Source: Longimicrobiales bacterium
Lineage (GTDB): Bacteria > Gemmatimonadota > Gemmatimonadetes > Longimicrobiales > Gaopeijiaceae
Assembly: GCA_965248195.1 (NCBI GenBank)
Contig: CBDFIQ010000001.1
Span: 64,001 to 128,000 of the forward strand
Reading direction: 5' to 3'
DNA length: 64,000 nucleotides
Part shown: one piece after another, positions 57,043-64,000 of the stretch
Layout: every line of letters begins with the position of its first letter
Numbering within the stretch: the first letter of the stretch is position 1
The notes under the pieces: generated by a model
What the model was told of the DNA's origin: nothing
The model's input: only the letters and a program-made list of their open reading frames with translations
The model's database searches: none
Position numbers and translations under genes: made by a program

Positions 57043-58509
57043 ATGACCAAGGAGAGGAGATCACACTTCTGGGTGGAGCGATGCGTCTCGGTAACCATCG
57101 CGATGTTCGCCCTCGCTGCGCTCCTGTGGTTTCCCGGCGGGACGTCAGCGCAAACCCACGACGACGTCACGTTTACGCGGGACGTGGCGCCGATCCTTCA
57201 GCAGAAATGTGAGGTTTGCCATCGCCCCGGCTCGATCGCGCCGATGCCCCTCCGCACCTATGACGAGGTGAGGCCGTTTGCGCCGCTGATCAGGGAGAAG
57301 GTGGTGAGCCGAGTGATGCCTCCCTGGCCCATCGATGTGACCGTGGGAATCCAGAAATTCAAGAACGACCGTTCTCTCTCGGATGAGGAGATTCAGACCA
57401 TCGCCCTCTGGGTCGATTCGGGCACACAGATGGGTGACGCAGCGGATATGCCGCCCGGCCTCGAGTGGCCGGACTGGTCAACGGCGTGGCGGTTCGAAGA
57501 AGATCTAGGCCGACCGCCGGATGTCGTGGTATCCACGCCGTCCTACAGGGTACTCGCGAACAGTGGGGACGACTGGCCTTGGTTGGAGTCAGAGATAACG
57601 GGACTCACAGAGACCCGCTGGATCAAGGCGGCCGAGTTTAGGCCCGCGACCGCGGAAACGTGGAATGTCTTCCATCACGCCAACCCCGGCATTATCAAGC
57701 TGGACGGGACCCAGGATGGCTCGCTGAGGCAGGTCCGGGGAAACGAGGGGACGATCTACGCGGAAGATTCCGGCCAGCCGGTCGATCCGGGGGATATTGT
57801 CCGATGGAATATGCACATGTATGCGAACGACATGGACGTGGATGCCGTCCTGCAGCTCGGCTTATGGCTTTATCCGAAGGACGAGCCCCCGAAGTACAGG
57901 GCCGCAGGTGCGGACGGATTCAGCTGTAGCCAGTACACGGGACATGGCTTCGAGTCTAGCCCGCTCCCGGGACGTTTTGGCCCGAATCTGAGGGGAGGGA
58001 GCCGGGGACTGAGTAGCGATCCTCAAATCGTACGCCAGGGCGATCTCCTCCTACCACCCAATACCTGGTCGACCTACCGCGGGGTCTACGTAATGGACCG
58101 GCCGGCCCGGCTCGAGCTCGCCCGAGCGCATATGCACCTCCGGGGTCGGTATCAAATCCTGGAGGCGATCTATCCGGACGGCCGGTGGGAGGTCATCAAC
58201 AAGTTCGACTTCGACCACAACTGGCAGACGGCGTTCCTTTACGAGGACGACGTGATGCCCTTGTTCCCGAAGGGGACGGTGCTGATCGTGACCGGCGTCT
58301 TCGACAACACGGCGGGCAACCCCCACAACCCCGATCCCAACCAGTGGGTTGTGAGGGGCGACCGGACCAGCGACTCGATGTGCCACTTCCGGATGGGTCT
58401 GACCTATTTTGATGACCAAGCGGAGTTCGAGAGGGTGGTGCAGGAGAGGGAAGAGTTCTTGGCGAGGCAGCTCGCGGCGGAAGAGGAGGGCGGTAGCGGA
58501 GGCGGGTGA
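57043..58509 (+). CDS. exported cytochrome c + copper type II monooxygenase-like protein
   Basis: TFTRDVAPILQQKCEVCH; MPPW; FHHAN; AHMHLRG; FDHNWQ; DSMC. Confidence 0.8.
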   Translation: MTKERRSHFWVERCVSVTIAMFALAALLWFPGGTSAQTHDDVTFTRDVAPILQQKCEVCHRPGSIAPMPLRTYDEVRPFAPLIREKVVSRVMPPWPIDVTVGIQKFKNDRSLSDEEIQTIALWVDSGTQMGDAADMPPGLEWPDWSTAWRFEEDLGRPPDVVVSTPSYRVLANSGDDWPWLESEITGLTETRWIKAAEFRPATAETWNVFHHANPGIIKLDGTQDGSLRQVRGNEGTIYAEDSGQPVDPGDIVRWNMHMYANDMDVDAVLQLGLWLYPKDEPPKYRAAGADGFSCSQYTGHGFESSPLPGRFGPNLRGGSRGLSSDPQIVRQGDLLLPPNTWSTYRGVYVMDRPARLELARAHMHLRGRYQILEAIYPDGRWEVINKFDFDHNWQTAFLYEDDVMPLFPKGTVLIVTGVFDNTAGNPHNPDPNQWVVRGDRTSDSMCHFRMGLTYFDDQAEFERVVQEREEFLARQLAAEEEGGSGGG

Positions 58510-58548
58510 GAAGCGGCGCAGGGCGAGAAGCGGCGTAGGTAGGAGAGA

Positions 58549-59442
58549 ATGATGAAGCTGGGGTATTTGCTCGCGGTGGGAGTTCTCGCGGTCGCGGTTC
58601 TCGCGGAGGGCACAATACCTCTCCGGGCGCAGACCAACATACCGGGCGCTGCCGGACCGGAGATGGTTCGAAATCTTCGTCCGTCCGGTCGGCCGGTGAT
58701 CCCGCTTTTTGACGGTTGGCACCCTAATCCCGACGGTTCCCACGGGCTGTGCTTCGGATACTTCAATCTGAACCTGGAGGAGGTGCTGGACATCCCATTG
58801 GGGCCGGACAATTTCATCGAGCCGACCCGTTTTGACGGGGGTCAGCCGACCCACTTCAGGCCGGTACCAACTCGCCTCGAGGGCTACGACCGGCGCTATT
58901 ACTGCGTCTTCAGCGTGAACTTGCCGCCAGGCTCCGAGAGTGAACGAGTGGTCTGGACGCTCCGGATCGACGGCGAGAGCTACTCGGTCCCTGGTCACAT
59001 TCAAGCGCCCTCCTACAAGATCGAAGAGCCGGACCAGCCTGGGAGAAACAGTGTGGCACCGTTGGTCCGGTTCCTCGATCCGGCGGGGCCGGAGGGAACA
59101 GGCCGGAGCCGGAGTGGCGACTTGATGGCCGGGCCCGTTACAACGAGGGTCGGCGATCCGCTGTCGCTCAGGATCTCCGTGAGCGCGCCGATGACGGGCA
59201 ATCCACATTCTGGATTTGAGCGGGTGAGGGCCCTTTGGGTGAAGCATCGCGGGCCTGGCAACGTGACTTTTCGCCCGACCGATCAAATGTCGATCCCCGA
59301 CGGAATGGAGGTACTGACGACCGGGACATTTAGTGAGCCCGGTGATTACGTGCTGCGCGTCCAGGCCTACGAGGGTAGAAGTCCGTGGGGCGCCCAATGC
59401 TGCTGGACCAACGCATACATCGAGGTTACCGTCACGCCCTAA
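58549..59442 (+). CDS. exported hypothetical protein with a C-terminal Ig/PKD-like domain
   Basis: signal peptide; GWHPNPDGS..FGYFN; TFSEPGDYVLR; QCCWTN. Confidence 0.75.
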   Translation: MMKLGYLLAVGVLAVAVLAEGTIPLRAQTNIPGAAGPEMVRNLRPSGRPVIPLFDGWHPNPDGSHGLCFGYFNLNLEEVLDIPLGPDNFIEPTRFDGGQPTHFRPVPTRLEGYDRRYYCVFSVNLPPGSESERVVWTLRIDGESYSVPGHIQAPSYKIEEPDQPGRNSVAPLVRFLDPAGPEGTGRSRSGDLMAGPVTTRVGDPLSLRISVSAPMTGNPHSGFERVRALWVKHRGPGNVTFRPTDQMSIPDGMEVLTTGTFSEPGDYVLRVQAYEGRSPWGAQCCWTNAYIEVTVTP

Positions 59443-59510
59443 GTTCCAGGTCAGGTGCAGGACTCCGGCCTTGATTCCCCCGAAGGAGGTGCAGGACTCT
59501 GGTCTCGCCG

Positions 59511-60503
59511 TTGATAGGCAGGCTGGCGCTCGCGGTTCTGATCTCGAGCGTGTCCGCGTCCTGTGTCGACAGGGCGGGGGACCTTCCGTCCGGCACGGAG
59601 CAGAGCGCTGGCCCCATGGGACCGAGCGGGGGCTACAATCAGCGAGATCTCGACGTGGCGCGCCCGTTCGGCGGGCGGGCGCAGGCGGCGGTGGCGCGTG
59701 CGCTCGAAGGATCGGTCGACATCCACATGCACACGCACCCGGACATCGCCGAGCGCCCGGTTGACGCCTTCGAGGCAGCCGACCTCGCCAGTTTCTACGG
59801 ACTCCGTGCAGTCGTGCTCAAGAATCACTACGAGTCGACGGCCGCTCAGGCGTCTCTGGTGCGCAAGGTGGTATCGGGGGTCGAGATTTTCGGCGGGATC
59901 ACCATGGAGTTGACCAATGGCGGCGTCAATGCCGCGGCCGTGGAGCACATGGCCAACCTCGAGGGAGGGTTCGGACGCCTCGTCTGGATGCCGACCTACG
60001 ACGCTGAAGCCGTGGTTCGTAGGAGACAGAGTGATCAACCGTTCGCGCCGGTGTCGCGGAGCGGTGAGCTGCTGCCGGAAACGAAGGCCGTAATCTCGGT
60101 GATTGCCGAGTATGGGCTGGTGCTCGCCACGGGCCACGTGTCCCCCGAGGAGGGTCTCATGCTGGTCCGCGAGGGCCGTCGCCAAGGTGTCGAGCACGTG
60201 GTGGTCACCCACGCGATGGATACGGGTTGGACCGTGCCGGAGATGCGAGAGGCCGCCAACATGGGCGCCTTCATCGAGTGGGCGAAGCCGCTTGGAGGGA
60301 TCAGCATCGACGAGTACGCAGAGGGGATCCGGTTGCTCGGACCGGAGTTCACTATCCTCTCGCAGGTGGGCGTGTCACACCTGCCGCCGGAGCTCGTGGG
60401 TGCGTTCGTCGTTGCCCTTCTCGAGCGCGGCTTCACGGATCGGGAGCTCGATCGCATGATGAAGGAGAACCCGGCACGTCTGCTGGGGCTTTCGGTGCCG
60501 TAA
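59511..60503 (+). CDS. amidohydrolase-fold (DUF6282-like) lipoprotein
   Basis: DIHMHTHPD; VLKNHY; VWMPT; LATGH; VVTHA; ENPARLLG. Confidence 0.8.
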   Translation: MIGRLALAVLISSVSASCVDRAGDLPSGTEQSAGPMGPSGGYNQRDLDVARPFGGRAQAAVARALEGSVDIHMHTHPDIAERPVDAFEAADLASFYGLRAVVLKNHYESTAAQASLVRKVVSGVEIFGGITMELTNGGVNAAAVEHMANLEGGFGRLVWMPTYDAEAVVRRRQSDQPFAPVSRSGELLPETKAVISVIAEYGLVLATGHVSPEEGLMLVREGRRQGVEHVVVTHAMDTGWTVPEMREAANMGAFIEWAKPLGGISIDEYAEGIRLLGPEFTILSQVGVSHLPPELVGAFVVALLERGFTDRELDRMMKENPARLLGLSVP

Positions 60504-60571
60504 GGCATAGCCAGCACAAACGCCTTAGACAGGTCGCGGCAAAGATCTCGGCCGCCCGGGGAACACGGCTA

Positions 60572-61732
60572 CTAGTACCGGCTGACCGTCAGGCTGAACC
60601 CACCCGGTTGTGGCCTGTCGGAGGCGTTCGCGAAGTATGCGGTCGCACGGAGGAGCGACCCGCGCGGGACCACGACCGGGTCGCGGAAGATATAGGGTGT
60701 CGGCCAATCCAGCCGGATGTCCTTGGCAAACAAGAGGATCTCGGTGCCGCCATCGGGCCGGCGAAGGGACACTTCGAGCGACTGGATGCCCGGATCGAGC
60801 CGAGGCAGGAGGGACAAGAGTCGGGTCCCGTCGTCGATGGGCGTCTCGGACCGAAAACGCTGCATGGTCGCGCCTGCCGGAACCTCGCCCCTCACCTCGA
60901 GAACCAGGTCGGAGGGTATACTCGGTCCCGTTGCCGGCTCATCGGAGAAGAACAATGCGAGCCTTCCCTCGTCAACCACGCGTTCATCGGAAGTCGCGTA
61001 GTAGACGTCGGCGAGGACCCTCGCTCCGGCGGCCAGGCTGTAGGTTACGCCTCCAGGCAGGGCCGCGGATGTGTGCCAGGGTGTCCAGCTTCCCAGCCAT
61101 TGGCCGGTCCCGTCCACGAAGAACGTCGCTCCACGTACGACGCGGCGATCGCCCGGCTTGAACTCGATCCCACGAACCCGGCGCTCGGAAGTCAGTCCGA
61201 GATCGAGGATGATCCGCTCGACGCGCTCTTCTTGCTCCGGCTCGACGACCCTCGCTTCGAGGGTGCGGATCAGGCTGGGCTCGCCAAGCTCCCATGGGTC
61301 GAGGTCGGCACTCGAATTCGGGGCCTCGGGCGCCGCATCGGGATCTCTGACATTGAGGAATACCTCCCCCGCGTTTCGTGGACCGAGCCCCTCCACCCAT
61401 GAGACGACGAACTGCGTCTCCCGCAGCGTGAGGCCGTTGTCGTTGGCGAACTCTCCATAACCCGGGACGGCTGCCCACGGGGGCATGTGCCGGGACAGGG
61501 TGGCGGCACGAATTGCATCCCGACTCAGCCATGTCTCCTCGAACGTCACGAGCGGCGATGCCAGCCCCCCGCCGACGTGACATGCCACGCAGTGAGCGTC
61601 GAGGATCCGGACGATCTCGCGCTCGAAGAGGACCGTGTTGGTCGTCGTCACGTGGGTCAGCCCCTGCGGCGGCCAGAACACCCAGCTCCCCACAACGAAC
61701 AGAGCAACGATCACGGGGACAGCCTTCTTCAT
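60572..61732 (-). CDS. cytochrome c + degenerate monooxygenase-fold protein
   Basis: CVACH; MPPW; fold-like similarity to 57043-58509 but no HH or HxH motifs. Confidence 0.7.
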   Translation of the reverse strand: MKKAVPVIVALFVVGSWVFWPPQGLTHVTTTNTVLFEREIVRILDAHCVACHVGGGLASPLVTFEETWLSRDAIRAATLSRHMPPWAAVPGYGEFANDNGLTLRETQFVVSWVEGLGPRNAGEVFLNVRDPDAAPEAPNSSADLDPWELGEPSLIRTLEARVVEPEQEERVERIILDLGLTSERRVRGIEFKPGDRRVVRGATFFVDGTGQWLGSWTPWHTSAALPGGVTYSLAAGARVLADVYYATSDERVVDEGRLALFFSDEPATGPSIPSDLVLEVRGEVPAGATMQRFRSETPIDDGTRLLSLLPRLDPGIQSLEVSLRRPDGGTEILLFAKDIRLDWPTPYIFRDPVVVPRGSLLRATAYFANASDRPQPGGFSLTVSRY

Positions 61733-61738
61733 GGTCCG

Positions 61739-62782
61739 CTACTCCGAGGCCGTGACCGTAAAGGTATAGGCGAAGGTGTAGACCTCATCGCGACGCTGGA
61801 ACTGTGCCCACGCACGGTACAGCCCCGGCCTCGGCATCAGCCCCTCGAAAGTGATCTCCGGCCCACCGCGCAACCTCGAAGCATCGACTCCCATCGGGAG
61901 CATCAAAGCCAACGGCCCCGTCTCGTCGTCGGAGTTCTCCATGTCGAGGGGGTGGGAGTGGACGTAGTGGACCAGGTCGTCACTCATGATCAGCATATGA
62001 CCGAACGAGCCGAGGTACGGCCGGAGATCCGTCACCGGGCGCCCGGTTTCCGTCTCGGTCAGCTCGAGCTTCAGGTGACCGTACAGTCCCGCAACGAACG
62101 TCTCGGGATCATAGGAGGCCGTGGCGGTGAGATCGTCGACCGACTTGGTGGGGCCGCTATCGGCGACCACACGCGCCGCGTCGGCCATCAGATCGCCGTC
62201 ATAGTTCGCCGTGACCAATGGCCGGGCGATGAATTGGGACGACCCACCGTTCGGGACGAAGTCGGAAAGCAGCTTGTAATACCCGTCTTCGGGAAACGTC
62301 ACGTCTATGGACCAGGAGCCATCGGGACCCTGCTCCGGGTGAAGGTGCTCGAAGTGCTCCATGTCCTGGCTGATGACGAACAGGTGATAGCGCCTGTCGT
62401 GAACGGTCACGAAGTCCCTCACCAACTGGCCCGTCCCGGGGTGGAAGATCCGGAACCTCAAGCTCGCAGCCTCACCGGCGCGGATCACCGCGGGTTCGGT
62501 CTCGAGCTCCAGCTCGTAGTCACGAACGTCATACGGGTTCGCCTCGACCAGCATCATGCCGTCGCGGGGACAGGTGCCGCCGATCTCAGACGTATAGTCC
62601 GGATGGATCGGGCACACATACGCGACTTCTTCATCGGGATCCAGAATGGGAGGGCCCATCTGAATCTCCGTGACCGGCGGGGCGCTTCGTCGTACGATCG
62701 CGAACGTTGCCGCCGCCGCCACGAGCAGGACCAGAACGATCCTGGGTGTCAGTCTGGACCCGGCTGTCAGTCTGGACTTCAT
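61739..62782 (-). CDS. heavy-metal-binding domain protein
   Basis: YVCPIHP...GTCPRDGM; VHDRRYHLF; HLHP; YLGSFGH; HSHP. Confidence 0.8.
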   Translation of the reverse strand: MKSRLTAGSRLTPRIVLVLLVAAAATFAIVRRSAPPVTEIQMGPPILDPDEEVAYVCPIHPDYTSEIGGTCPRDGMMLVEANPYDVRDYELELETEPAVIRAGEAASLRFRIFHPGTGQLVRDFVTVHDRRYHLFVISQDMEHFEHLHPEQGPDGSWSIDVTFPEDGYYKLLSDFVPNGGSSQFIARPLVTANYDGDLMADAARVVADSGPTKSVDDLTATASYDPETFVAGLYGHLKLELTETETGRPVTDLRPYLGSFGHMLIMSDDLVHYVHSHPLDMENSDDETGPLALMLPMGVDASRLRGGPEITFEGLMPRPGLYRAWAQFQRRDEVYTFAYTFTVTASE

Positions 62783-62797
62783 TCGAGCCGGAGCCCG

Positions 62798-64000
62798 CTA
62801 CCGGTGCGGGCTTGTCGCATTGCCCTCGTAGGTGCCCGACCCCTGACCCGGCAGCTCGTCGCTGCGGGGCCCCGTGTACCGGGCCACGCGGAGTCCCGTG
62901 TTGCTATCGGTCCAGTAGATGAGTCCATCCTTGAAGACCGGGTAGCTTCGCGTGACGCCGTGGGGAAGGGTAAGCGCGTACCCGACCTCGCGCGGATTGT
63001 AGGGGTTCGAAATGTCGATCGCGCGAAGCCCGTGCCCATACCAGGTTGTAAACACCAGGTTTCTGAAGACGGTAGGGTTGTGATTCTGCTGCGGAACCCT
63101 CCGCCGCGGCTCACCGTCGGGCTCGGTGTTCGCCTGGGTCAGACATTCATCCATCTGGTTGTCCGGGATAGCGAACGCTCCGACCATGACCGGTGTCGTT
63201 TCCGACTCGACGGAAACGATGCGGGCGTGCATCAACGGACATCCACGGTTCTCATCGCTCAGCCATACATATGCGGGCCGGCCGTTCGTGTTGCCCCGTA
63301 CTTGGGCAGGACGTTCGGGCACGAAGACGGCACTGTGAATGCCGGTCGGGAGGGAGGGGAAGGGCGGGTGCACATCGATCCGGGAACGCGTCATCAGCAC
63401 CAGGTATCGTGCGGTCTTCGCGGCGTCCGAGGCTGCGGACCCGAGAAACGCCTCGAGGCCTGGATCGTCGTTCACGACCATGTGCAGGCAATCGCGGGCG
63501 ATCCCGCCCAACCGGGCAGCGTCAAGGACTCCGCGGGCCGACGCCACCGTGGAGCGTGGGTTGCAACCGGCCGTGCCCGTAACCAGGTCCTCGTTTCGGT
63601 TATGGGCAACGCCTGAAGAGTTCAGCACGTAGAAACCTGCGTTGCCTCCCGCGACGTATACACGCTCACCATCATCAGACACGGACAACGAGTGCAACAT
63701 GTTGACTTGCTGCTCCTGGTTGTTGCCCGGCCTGCCGGAGCGGTTGGTCGAAGCGCTGAAGTCGGCGAACCGGCCATCACCAAAAAGCCCGGTCTCATCC
63801 GCGCGCTCGTTGAGCGGGGGGCCACCCACGTCCTGTAAGCTGAAGCCTGCAAGGACCAGCGGATGTTGTAGCAGTTCCCCGCTGTCTTCGTCCGTCACCC
63901 CCAGAACGATCGCGTCGGGGATGCTGAGGGCGGGATTCGCCGGATCGGGCAATCCGCCGCCCGCAAACATCGCCACGTAGACGAGGATGCGGTCGGGGTT
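62798..64000 (-). CDS. LVIVD-repeat protein (5' end outside the window)
   Basis: HSLSVSDDGERVYVA; HNP; WYGHGLRAIDISNPYNPREVG; DSNTGL. Confidence 0.75.
   Translation of the reverse strand, partial: NPDRILVYVAMFAGGGLPDPANPALSIPDAIVLGVTDEDSGELLQHPLVLAGFSLQDVGGPPLNERADETGLFGDGRFADFSASTNRSGRPGNNQEQQVNMLHSLSVSDDGERVYVAGGNAGFYVLNSSGVAHNRNEDLVTGTAGCNPRSTVASARGVLDAARLGGIARDCLHMVVNDDPGLEAFLGSAASDAAKTARYLVLMTRSRIDVHPPFPSLPTGIHSAVFVPERPAQVRGNTNGRPAYVWLSDENRGCPLMHARIVSVESETTPVMVGAFAIPDNQMDECLTQANTEPDGEPRRRVPQQNHNPTVFRNLVFTTWYGHGLRAIDISNPYNPREVGYALTLPHGVTRSYPVFKDGLIYWTDSNTGLRVARYTGPRSDELPGQGSGTYEGNATSPHR

Noticed and set aside
61487..63616. Long antisense ORFs (61487-63616 +, 23517-25289 -, 6848-8302 +, 18012-19433 -)
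   Set aside because: These are shadow frames of well-supported genes in high-GC DNA with no recognisable motifs.
1..64000. tRNA, rRNA or riboswitch genes
   Set aside because: None recognised by eye in the intergenic regions; an Rfam or tRNAscan search would be needed to exclude them.

Overview
High-GC bacterial chromosomal window. Gene content suggests Gemmatimonadota or a similar lineage (inference). 1-29.6 kb is mostly housekeeping and envelope genes: gyrA, uvrA, waaA-like, an ABC exporter, SPFH, a membrane MutS-domain protein, an FAH-family enzyme and a MoxR/DUF58/vWA (Bat-like) operon. Several carry in-frame 15-18 bp tandem-repeat expansions. 29.6-44.3 kb is an integron-like cassette array on the minus strand with about a dozen attC-like sites or half-sites. 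The cassettes show end-to-end complementarity and carry two HigBA toxin-antitoxin pairs, a PIN protein and several unknown secreted proteins. There is no canonical IntI in the window. Instead, a tyrosine recombinase plus IS91-type (HUH/Y2) transposase pair occupies a cassette position, bounded by inverted GTTCAAC-containing ends and with its own att-like site. Two IS256 copies each lie with the same end exactly 17 nt from an att core. 44.5-64 kb holds a subclass-B3 MBL-like gene, signal-peptide-bearing aldolase-family proteins, a DUF1592/DUF1552/ankyrin cluster and cytochrome c/copper-monooxygenase-like genes. All calls come from reading the sequence; no database searches were run.
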